From NCBI GenBank assembly GCA_963774265.1, contig CAVZDU010000001.1:384001-448000 (forward strand): DNA of 64,000 nt, written 5' to 3'. Every line of letters starts with the position of its first letter. Within the stretch, counting starts at the first letter, position 1. Under the pieces are notes generated by a model, which worked only from the letters and a program-made list of their open reading frames with translations, was not told the origin of the DNA and searched no databases. The DNA comes from an uncultured Chloroflexia bacterium. GTDB taxonomy: Bacteria; Chloroflexota; Anaerolineae; CG2-30-64-16. Of the stretch, positions 43,438 to 52,063 are shown piece after piece. Both the position numbers and the translations under genes were made by a program.

Positions 43438-44899
43438 ATGATCGATCTGACTGTCCATCCCGATCGCCTCGAGCGCACCGTCCAACGGGCGCGCGAGCGC
43501 AACATCATCATCCCGACCTTCAAGCAGATGCAGAACCCGGCCCTCGATCCCCGACAAAGTCAAGGCGGGACTGAAAAACATCGGACTGTGGGATATCAAC
43601 CCATTGAACCTCTTCCGCATCACCTGGAAGAACGAGCCCGTGGCAAAAGGTGGCGGATTCGGCGGCGTTAATTATCTGGACCTGCCCAAGGCGCTGACCG
43701 GTGTGGACGCGCGCATCATTGTGCTGGTGGGCAAGTGGTTCCCCACCGGCGCGCACAAGGTCGGCGCTGCGTTCGGCTGCCTTGCGCCCCGCCTGGTGAC
43801 CGGCCAGTTCGACCCGACCACCCAGAAGGCCGTCTGGCCCTCCACGGGCAACTACTGCCGCGGCGGCGCGTACGATTCGGCCCTGCTGGCATGCCAATCG
43901 ATCGCCATCCTGCCCGAAGGCATGAGCCGCGAGCGGTTCGAATGGCTGTCCAAGGTGGCCGGCGAGGTGATCGCAACCCCTGGCACAGAGAGCAACGTCA
44001 AGGAAATCTTCGACAAGTGCTGGGAGCTGCGCCGCTCGGGCCAGGATCTGATGATCTTCAACCAATTCGAAGAGTTCGGCAATGTCTTGTGGCATTATGC
44101 AGTCACGGGCAATGCCTTTGAAGAAGTGCTGGCGGAGCAACTGCGCCCTGGAGAAACCTTGGCAGGCTCAGTCTTCACCACCGGCTCCGCAGGAACTATC
44201 AACGCAGGCGACCGCTTGAAAGAACTGTTCCCGCAGAGCAAGATCGCAGCCAGCGAGGCGCTGCAATGTCCTACTCTGCTGCAGAACGGCTTCGGCGCAC
44301 ATCGCATCGAAGGCATCGGCGACAAGCACGTGCCGTGGATCCACAATGTCAAGAACACTGACATGGTGATGGCGGTTGACGACGAAGTTCCCATGCAGAT
44401 GATCCGGCTGTTCAACGAGCCGGAGGGGCGCAAGTACCTGGTCGAAAAGGGTGTCCCCGAAGAATTGGTGGCGAAGCTCGACACGATCGGCATTTCCGGT
44501 GCAGCCAACATCGCATCGGCTATCAAGATGGCAAAGTGGTACGAGTGGGGCGAGGGCGATGTAGTTGTCACCCTGCTGACGGACTCCATGGAACTGTACG
44601 GCTCCCGCCTGACTGAGCTCACCGCTGAACGCGGCGAGTTCACTTCCCGCGACGCAGCCGCCGCATATCATCAGCACATCCTGGGCCTCAGCACCGACTA
44701 CGTCGAAGAGCTGACCTATCCGGCCCGCAAGCGCGTACACAACCTGAAGTACTACACCTGGGTCGAGCAACAAGGCAAGACCTATGAAGAAATCCTGGCG
44801 CAGTGGGACCAGAAGGATTACTGGACCAGCGTCCACGGCCAGGTCAATGCAATTGACGCGTTGATCGAGGAGTTTAACGCGAAGGTCGGGTTGCTGTAA
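43438..44899 (+). CDS. PLP-dependent fold type II enzyme (cysteine synthase-like); frameshift near 43545
   Basis: FPTGAHKVGA (PLP Lys), PSTGNY, NQF, GSAGT, HRIEGIGD, GISG. Confidence 0.8.
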
Positions 44900-44918
44900 G
44901 GAAGTGGCCCTGCAACTC

Positions 44919-44999
44919 GTACGGTGCGTACGGTGCGTACGGGCGGACCTGCGTGTCCGCCCTCGTGTCCGCCCTGCGTGTCCGCCCTCGTGTCCGCCC
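44919..44999 (+). repeat. REP-like element (GTAC-GGGCGGAC family) with amplified ends
   Basis: (GTACGGTGC)2-GTACGGGCGGACCTGC followed by four GTGTCCGCCC units. Confidence 0.9.
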
Positions 45000-45026
45000 A
45001 ACCTGCAACCCGAACAGGAGTTTGCC

Positions 45027-48000
45027 ATGTCCGACTACTTGATGATCCAACCCTTCGCCGTCCAGTTGCGGCGGATCCTGAAAGAATACGAGGCGACCGA
45101 TTCCATCTTTGGGATTCACAAGTCGCTCTTCTATACCCCGAAAGCGAACGCCCCGTTCGCAGTCCCCGATGTCTATGGCAAGTATCTGGGCACGCCCATC
45201 GGCCCATCGGCCGGCCCGCACACCCAGTGCAGTCAGAACATCATCAGCGCCTGGTTGTGCGGCGGTCGCTTCATCGAGCTGAAGACGGTGCAGATCCTCG
45301 ACGAGTTGGTGATTCCGCGGCCCTGCATCGACATGGAAGACGAGGGCTACAACGTCGAATGGTCGCAGGAACTGAGGCTGGAAGAATCGGCGCACGAATA
45401 TGCCGTTGCCTGGGCGCTGGTGCACGTCCTGCCGCGCATCTTGCGTTGGGATGTAGGGGCGGGTCTCGCACCCGCCATCCCCGGCGCCATTTTCGACATG
45501 AGCGTTGGCTACAACCTGGAAGGCATCCGTAGCCCGCGCGTCGTCAACTTCATGAACAAGATGGAAGACGCCTCCGAGGAGGTCGCCCAGATCAAGGCCA
45601 TCCTGCGCCGCGACTTCCCTCAGTTCGCAGATATCGAGATCCCCAACCGAATCGCCAACAGCATCACCCTTTCCACCATGCACGGCTGCCCGCCCGATGA
45701 AATCGAGCGCATCACCGAACATCTGTTGACCGACCGTAAGCTGCACACCATCGTCAAGATGAACCCGACCCTGCTGGGCAAGGAACAGGTGCTCGATATC
45801 CTGCACAACGCTCTCGGTTTTCGCGAGATCGTTATCCCCGATTCGGTCTTCGAACATGACATCGCCTACGACAAGGCGGTTGGGCTGATCGGCCGGATGC
45901 AAAACGTGGCTGCACAGCAAGGCCTGGCATTCGGCGTCAAGCTGAGCAACACGCTGGCCATGCACAACCACAAGCAGGTCATGCCCGGCGACGAAATGTA
46001 CATGTCGGGCCGCGCGCTCTACCCGGTCACTATGAACCTGTTTAACAAGCTGGCGCACGAATTTAACGGTGACCTGCGCGTTTCCTACTCGGCCGGCGCA
46101 GATGCGTTGAACATCGCCACCATCGCGTCTTGCGGCCCAGTTCCCATCACCGCCTGCTCTGACCTGCTGAAACCCGGCGGTTACGCCCGTTTCGGCCAAT
46201 GGCTGGAAAACCTTGAAACAGCGATGGTTGCCGCAGGTGCGAAGAACCTGACCGAATTCTCCGCCAACAAACTGGACAACGTCAAGGCCGCCGCAGCTGC
46301 TGCGTTGACTGACCATCGATGGAAGAAAGAATATGTTCCCTACGGCCTGCCCAAAGTGAAATCGGGACTGGGGCTATGGGACTGTATTGTCGCGCCATGC
46401 ATGGAGCCCTGTGCCGTGTGCCAGGACGTGCCGGAATACAATTGGTGGATCGCCCAGGGTGACCCGGACAAATCACTCGAAGTCATCCTGCAGCGCAACC
46501 CCATGCCCGGCGTCACCGGCTACGTCTGCACGCACTTGTGCCAGACGCGCTGCGTTCGCAATGATTACGAGGAGTCAGTTGGCATACGTGCACTCAAACG
46601 TTACGCTGAGGAGCACGGCCAGATTCGGCCGCTCGCTGCCAAAGAAAGCGTGGACCGAAAAGTGGCCATTATCGGCAGCGGCCCATCGGGTTTCTCCGCG
46701 GCCTTCTACCTTGCGCTCAGCGGTGTGGATGTCACCATGTTCGAGGCCAAGGATGTACTGGGGGGTATGATGCGCCTGGTGCCAGTCTTCCGACTGCCGT
46801 GGGAAATCATCCAGCGGGACGTTGACCGCATCCTGAACCTGGGCGTCAAGCTTGAATTCAACCACCCGATCGTCGACGCGCCGGAAAGGCTACTTGTAGG
46901 GGCGGGTCTAGCACCCGCCCAACAGGGGTTTGACGCCGTCGGTTACGATGCCGTCGGTTACGATGCCGTCGGTTACGATGCCGTCGGTTACGACGCAGTG
47001 TACGTGGCTACGGGCTTCCAGAAGGATACGCCATTGCCCATCCCCGGCATTGAAGGACAAGGCGTACATGTCGCCATGGACTTGCTCGACCGGACCCGTC
47101 GTGGAGAGCGCCCGAACCTGGGTAAGAAAGCGCTGGTTATCGGCGGCGGCGACACAGCTATGGACGCAGTACGGACATCCGCCCGCCTGACCGGCAACCC
47201 GACCACCATCGTCTACCGGCGCTCTCGCGAAGAGATGCCAGCCAGTCCCGAGGAACTTGAAGGGGCTCTGGAAGAAAGCAACATCTTGATGGAGCTCGTC
47301 TCGCCGGTGCGCGTTGTGCTGGATGACAGCGGGAAGGTCGTTGCCCTGGAATGCCAACGCAATGTCTTGGGAGAGCCCGGCCCGGACGGCCGTCGCAAGC
47401 CCGTCGCCATTCCTGGCAGCGAGTTCCAGATCCCGTGCGACTCGGTCATCCTCGCAGTTGGCCAAAGTCCCGATTTCGAATTCCTCCGAGGCAGCGCCAT
47501 CAAAACCACCCGACAGGGCGGCATCGCGATTGACCCGGTGACGGGTGCAACCGGAACACCGGGCGTCTACGCCGGGGGTGACGCCGCAGAAGCCGGCCCA
47601 GAAAGCATCATTGCGGCCTGCCAGGGGGGCCGCCGAGCCGCACAGAGCATCTGCCAGCAATTCGGCATCGCTTTCAAAGAGCCGCCCTCGGAAAAGCCTG
47701 TCCTGTCCCAGGACGAAATCATCGAAGTCAAACGAGTGCGGACACGTAAGATCGAACAAGTGGAGCCGGGCTGCCTGCCCGTCCCGTTCCGCAGCGGCTT
47801 CGACATGATCGAATTGACGCTGACGCCGGCCGAGGCCGTCATTGAGGCCAGGCGCTGTGTTCAGTGCACCACCTTCTGCGATAAGTGCGTCGAGGTGTGC
47901 CCCAACCGCGCCAACCAAACCTTCCTCATGCGGCCTGTAGATGTGATGCTACCCCGCCTGGCAATGACCTCAGAGGCGTCGCAACCCGCTGGGTTGCACG

Positions 48001-48467
48001 TGATCGGCTACGAACGCTTCGTCATCGGCCAGGAGCGGCAAATTATCAACATCAACGACTTCTGCAACGTGTGCGGTGACTGCACCACCTTCTGTGTTCA
48101 CCACGGCCAGCCCTGGATGGATAAACCGCGGCTGTTCTTGAACGAAAAGGACTTCCTGGCCGAGGATCACAACGCCTATCGGATAACTGCCAACGGCATG
48201 GATGCCGCCGGCATCATCCGACACCGCGACGTGGGGGCGGCTGGCCAGCCGCGTGAATCACAACTCACGCGGTCTGGCGGCCACCTGGTCTACGAGTGCC
48301 CCGAAGCGCGCGTAACCCTCACGCCGGCATTCGAAATCAAGGAGATGGTTGCGAAGTCGTCGTTTGCCGCCGGCATGCATGCCGCCTTGTCCCTGCGAGA
48401 CGCCGCCGAACTGGCCGTGATTCTCAAGGGCGTCACCGAGACACTGCCGCACCTGGTGGTTGCATAA
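45027..48467 (+). CDS. ygfK: YgfK-like Fe-S flavoprotein oxidoreductase
   Basis: GPSAGPHTQ..QNI, ELKTVQ, PRPCID..DEGYNVEWS, LSTMHGCPP.EIE, KLSNT, MYMSG, GltD-like GSGPSG and GGGDTAMD, C-terminal CDKCVEVCPNRAN and CNVCGDC. Confidence 0.9.
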   Translation: MSDYLMIQPFAVQLRRILKEYEATDSIFGIHKSLFYTPKANAPFAVPDVYGKYLGTPIGPSAGPHTQCSQNIISAWLCGGRFIELKTVQILDELVIPRPCIDMEDEGYNVEWSQELRLEESAHEYAVAWALVHVLPRILRWDVGAGLAPAIPGAIFDMSVGYNLEGIRSPRVVNFMNKMEDASEEVAQIKAILRRDFPQFADIEIPNRIANSITLSTMHGCPPDEIERITEHLLTDRKLHTIVKMNPTLLGKEQVLDILHNALGFREIVIPDSVFEHDIAYDKAVGLIGRMQNVAAQQGLAFGVKLSNTLAMHNHKQVMPGDEMYMSGRALYPVTMNLFNKLAHEFNGDLRVSYSAGADALNIATIASCGPVPITACSDLLKPGGYARFGQWLENLETAMVAAGAKNLTEFSANKLDNVKAAAAAALTDHRWKKEYVPYGLPKVKSGLGLWDCIVAPCMEPCAVCQDVPEYNWWIAQGDPDKSLEVILQRNPMPGVTGYVCTHLCQTRCVRNDYEESVGIRALKRYAEEHGQIRPLAAKESVDRKVAIIGSGPSGFSAAFYLALSGVDVTMFEAKDVLGGMMRLVPVFRLPWEIIQRDVDRILNLGVKLEFNHPIVDAPERLLVGAGLAPAQQGFDAVGYDAVGYDAVGYDAVGYDAVYVATGFQKDTPLPIPGIEGQGVHVAMDLLDRTRRGERPNLGKKALVIGGGDTAMDAVRTSARLTGNPTTIVYRRSREEMPASPEELEGALEESNILMELVSPVRVVLDDSGKVVALECQRNVLGEPGPDGRRKPVAIPGSEFQIPCDSVILAVGQSPDFEFLRGSAIKTTRQGGIAIDPVTGATGTPGVYAGGDAAEAGPESIIAACQGGRRAAQSICQQFGIAFKEPPSEKPVLSQDEIIEVKRVRTRKIEQVEPGCLPVPFRSGFDMIELTLTPAEAVIEARRCVQCTTFCDKCVEVCPNRANQTFLMRPVDVMLPRLAMTSEASQPAGLHVIGYERFVIGQERQIININDFCNVCGDCTTFCVHHGQPWMDKPRLFLNEKDFLAEDHNAYRITANGMDAAGIIRHRDVGAAGQPRESQLTRSGGHLVYECPEARVTLTPAFEIKEMVAKSSFAAGMHAALSLRDAAELAVILKGVTETLPHLVVA
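46932..47000 (+). repeat. In-frame 15-bp tandem repeat (DAVGY)4 inside ygfK
   Basis: GAYGCCGTCGGTTAC x4 plus a partial unit. Confidence 0.95.
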
Positions 48468-48525
48468 AGGAAGAAAGAAGAAGGAAAATTGGGATCTTCC
48501 ATCTTCCTTCTTCCATCTTCCTTCT
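48467..48525. repeat. (GAAGGAA)n-GATC-(TTCCTTC)n palindrome
   Basis: aggaagaaagaagaaggaaaattgggatcttccatcttccttcttccatcttccttct. Confidence 0.85.
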
Positions 48526-48540
48526 CGTAGGAGATGTGAC

Positions 48541-49884
48541 ATGACATCCAAACTACTGATTACGAACGGTCAGGTCTTCACGCTGGGGAAAGCAAACGCG
48601 GAGATACCGAACGGCGCGATCTACTGTGAAGGAGACACGATCGTTGAGGTTGGAGAGACCGCTGCACTCTCCGCCAAACACCCTGGCGCCGAGCGCCTGG
48701 ATGCAGGAGGCAAGATCGTCCTGCCTGGCATGCTCTGCGGCCACACGCATTTCTACGGCCTATTCTCGCGCGGCATGGCCATCCCCGGTGCGCCCGCTGC
48801 CAACTTCACCGAAATCCTCGAGCGCTTGTGGTGGAAGCTGGATCGGGCGCTCCTGGATGAGGACATCCGCTATAGCGCGCTGGTCTGCCTCGTGGACGCG
48901 GTCAAGCACGGCTGCACGACCCTGATCGACCATCATGCCAGCCCAAGCGCAATCCACGGCAGCCTGGACATCATCGCCGAGGCCGTCAAGCAAACCGGCT
49001 TGCGCGCCAGCTTGTGCTACGAGGTCACCGACCGCAACGGCATGGACGGCGCGCGTGCCGGGATCGCAGAGAACGTCCGTTGGCTCAAGCGCTGCCGGAC
49101 GGAGAAGGATCCACAGCTCGCTGGCTCGTTCGGGTTTCATGCCGCGCTGACGCTCTCCGACGAGACGCTCGAAAACTCGGTGGCCGCGATAGGTGGCCTG
49201 GATACCGGCTTCCATATCCACGTAGCCGAGGGTGTGGCTGACCAGGAAGAGAGCCTCCGTAAGTACAACATGCGAGTGATCGAGCGACTGTACAAATTCG
49301 GCATCCTGGGGCCAAAGACGATCGCGGTCCATTGCGTCCACCTGGACGCGTTCGAGAAGGACATCTTGCGCGAGACCGAGACCCTCGTGACCCACCAACC
49401 GCGTTCCAACATGAACAATGCGGTGGGGCTGCCCGACGTGGCCGGCATGCTGGCCCGCGGCATCCCTGTCGCTCTCGGTAATGACGGCTTCTCGAACTTC
49501 ATGGTCGACGAGATGAAGGCGGCCTACCTGGCGCACAAGCACAGCAGCGGCGATCCGCGCGCCATGGGTGGCGACGTCGTGTTCCAAATGCAATACCCCA
49601 ACAACGCGAACCTGTGCCGTCAGTTCTTCCCGAAACCGGTGGGAGCAATCGAGCCGGGCGCCTTCGCCGATATCACCATCTGGGATTATCGTCCGCCCAC
49701 GCCCTTGAACACGGGCAATCTGCCGTGGCACATCCTCTTTGGCGTCGACGGCGCAGTCGTGACGCACACCATCGCGTCCGGCAAGGTGCTGATGAAGGAC
49801 CGCCAACTGACCATGCTCGACGAAACGGCGATTATGGCTCGTGCGCGCGAGCTCGCACCGCAGATTTGGAAACGGGTCGGATAG
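48541..49884 (+). CDS. ssnA: SsnA-like amidohydrolase
   Basis: HTHFYG..SRG, FTEILE.LWWKLD, IDHHAS, CYEVTDRNG, GFHIHVAEG, PRSNMNNAVG, LGNDG. Confidence 0.9.
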   Translation: MTSKLLITNGQVFTLGKANAEIPNGAIYCEGDTIVEVGETAALSAKHPGAERLDAGGKIVLPGMLCGHTHFYGLFSRGMAIPGAPAANFTEILERLWWKLDRALLDEDIRYSALVCLVDAVKHGCTTLIDHHASPSAIHGSLDIIAEAVKQTGLRASLCYEVTDRNGMDGARAGIAENVRWLKRCRTEKDPQLAGSFGFHAALTLSDETLENSVAAIGGLDTGFHIHVAEGVADQEESLRKYNMRVIERLYKFGILGPKTIAVHCVHLDAFEKDILRETETLVTHQPRSNMNNAVGLPDVAGMLARGIPVALGNDGFSNFMVDEMKAAYLAHKHSSGDPRAMGGDVVFQMQYPNNANLCRQFFPKPVGAIEPGAFADITIWDYRPPTPLNTGNLPWHILFGVDGAVVTHTIASGKVLMKDRQLTMLDETAIMARARELAPQIWKRVG

Positions 49885-49888
49885 ATTC

Positions 49889-49981
49889 ACCACAAAGACA
49901 CAAGAGCTCCAAGCTTCACGAGGCTTGCTCCTTTGTGAGGCTTGCAAAGCAAGCCGCTTGGCTTCTTTGTGTCTTTGTGGT
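49889..49981. repeat. Miniature inverted-repeat element (15-bp perfect arms)
   Basis: ACCACAAAGACACAA ... TTGTGTCTTTGTGGT. Confidence 0.8.
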
Positions 49982-50017
49982 TAACTAAGGATCCCTATCA
50001 TGCAAGAGGAGGCTCGC

Positions 50018-50203
50018 ATGGCTGAGATCACTTTCTCGTGGGTGCGTGCGCTTCGAGAAGGGACGCTGACCCAGGTTCAAATGGAGTCCTTGGAAGCCTT
50101 GGTCGACAACGACGAAGCAGAATCACTGGAAGAAGCTGCCCGCTTGCTCGACGTTCAGGCGACGCATAATCCCGGAGGCGAGCCGGGGACCCGCGCATAC
50201 TAG
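50018..50203 (+). CDS. Small acidic hypothetical protein (61 aa)
   Basis: Strong RBS gaggagg before ATG 50018; helical acidic composition; co-oriented in the operon. Confidence 0.55.
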   Translation: MAEITFSWVRALREGTLTQVQMESLEALVDNDEAESLEEAARLLDVQATHNPGGEPGTRAY

Positions 50204-50240
50204 CATCGCTTGGGCGGCGGCGTTGGTATAGCAAAGCCAA

Positions 50241-50382
50241 CCTGTTGGGGCGGACCTGTTGGGGCGGACCTGTTGGGGCGGACCTGTTGGGGCGGACCTG
50301 TTGGGGCGGACCTGTTGGGGCGGACCTGTTGGGGCGGACCTGTTGGGGCGGACCTGTTGGGGCGGACCTACGTGTCCGCCCC
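50241..50382 (+). repeat. (CCTGTTGGGGCGGA)9 tandem array ending in a full REP hairpin
   Basis: Nine perfect 14-bp units 50241-50366, then completion as GGGGCGGAC-CTACGT-GTCCGCCCC. Confidence 0.95.
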
Positions 50383-50503
50383 GTGGGTGGACTGAGTTCG
50401 CACACGTCGCCAGGACAGGAAGACCACAAAGCTTCACGAAGCGAAAATGAAACTCTTGGTGAAGCGTTATACCCTGGCGCCTTTGTAGTTTACGGAGATG
50501 CAT

Positions 50504-52063
50504 ATGTGGCATACCTACTATGCGCCGGCCACGGTCGGCGAAGCGCTCGACCTGTTGGGCCAGCACGGCGACGCCTGCCGTCTGATCGCGGGCGGCTCGG
50601 ACCTGATCCTGGAGTTGGAGCGTGGTGTGCGCCACCAGGAGATCCTGGTGGACATCTCTCGCGTCGCCGGCTTGGGTCAGGTCGTCTACACGCGCAGCAG
50701 TTCTGTGAACTCAACCGATGTAGCGCAAGTTGACAACCCCCGCTGCCCGGATAGTGCCGGCATGCTGACTCTTGGCGCTAACGTGACGCACAACCAGGTG
50801 GTGGCCAATACCGACGCGGTCGCCTGCGCCTTTCCCCTGGCTCGTGCATGCTGGTTGGTCGGCGCGCCACAAATCCGCAATCGCGGCACGGTTGCCGGCA
50901 ACTTGATCACCGCCAGCCCTGCGAACGATACCATTACGCCGCTGTGGGCCATGGATGCAACGGTGACCCTGGTCAGCGCCGCGCGAGGCGAGCGCACCCT
51001 CCCGTTCGACCAGTTTTTCCTCGGTGTCCGCCGCACGACCCTGCTGCCCGAGGAGATGCTCGTCCGAATCAACGTCCCAACCTTGAAACGAAGCGAGCGC
51101 GGCACGTTTCTGAAGCTAGGTCTGCGCCAGGCGCAGGCGATCAGCCTGATCAATGTCGCCGCCGTGCTCGATTTCGGCAGCGACGGCTCCATCTTACGGG
51201 CCCGCATCGCGCTTGGGGCAGTCGCCCCCACCATCGTGCGGGCGAGTCAGGCTGAGTCTTATCTAGCCGGCAAGATGCTGCGATCCAGGGATCGCTCAGA
51301 TGATGTGATCGATGAGGCGGCAGAACTGGCGGCAGGAGCGGCCCGGCCCATCTCCGACATACGTGCTGGCGCCGACTACCGCCGTGATATGGTGCGCGTA
51401 TACACCGCACGCGCCCTGTGCGAATTGCGCGACGGGACCGAACGCGATGGGTGGCCCGAAAAGCCGGTGCTGCTGTGGGGCACACGTCGGGGCGACAACG
51501 ATGCGCGATCCAGGGATCGCTCGATCCAGGGATCGCAGCATCGCCCGATCACCCCGACGCCACCCCAGCAGGACGGCATTTCCTTCACACTCAACGGACA
51601 GCCGGTGACCCTGCATGGCGCACATGGCAAAACGCTGTTGCGCGCTCTGCGCGAGGATGCCGGCCTGACCGGCACCAAGGAAGGTTGCGCCGAAGGCGAG
51701 TGTGGGGCATGCACGATCTGGCTAGACGGTGTGGCCGTGATGAGCTGCCTCGTGCCGGCTGAACGGGCCGCTGGCTGCGACGTCGTTACGGTGGAAGGGC
51801 TGGGGACGCCTCCGGCAGTCAACAGAGATGGAGAGCCGGCTGCAGTCGTCACGGCGCTGCATCCGTTACAGCAGGCGTTCATCGATGCAGGTGCGGTGCA
51901 GTGCGGCTATTGCACGCCCGGTATCCTTATGTCCGCTGCGAACCTGATGCAAGAGGTGACCCATCCGACCCTGACCCAGGTCAAGGAAGCACTCACCGGC
52001 AATCTCTGCCGCTGCACGGGATACTACAAGATCCTCGAAGCGGTGGAAAAGGCGGTCCAATGA
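50504..52063 (+). CDS. Fused FAD-binding plus [2Fe-2S] subunit of a molybdenum hydroxylase
   Basis: N-terminal IAGGSDL, QIRNRGTVAGN, FLKLGLR; C-terminal GTKEGCAEGECGAC, QCGYCTPG, GNLCRCTGY in one frame. Confidence 0.9.
   Translation: MWHTYYAPATVGEALDLLGQHGDACRLIAGGSDLILELERGVRHQEILVDISRVAGLGQVVYTRSSSVNSTDVAQVDNPRCPDSAGMLTLGANVTHNQVVANTDAVACAFPLARACWLVGAPQIRNRGTVAGNLITASPANDTITPLWAMDATVTLVSAARGERTLPFDQFFLGVRRTTLLPEEMLVRINVPTLKRSERGTFLKLGLRQAQAISLINVAAVLDFGSDGSILRARIALGAVAPTIVRASQAESYLAGKMLRSRDRSDDVIDEAAELAAGAARPISDIRAGADYRRDMVRVYTARALCELRDGTERDGWPEKPVLLWGTRRGDNDARSRDRSIQGSQHRPITPTPPQQDGISFTLNGQPVTLHGAHGKTLLRALREDAGLTGTKEGCAEGECGACTIWLDGVAVMSCLVPAERAAGCDVVTVEGLGTPPAVNRDGEPAAVVTALHPLQQAFIDAGAVQCGYCTPGILMSAANLMQEVTHPTLTQVKEALTGNLCRCTGYYKILEAVEKAVQ

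Noticed and set aside
50241-50366. Possible CRISPR array
   Set aside because: 14-bp units are contiguous with no unique spacers, and no cas genes are present
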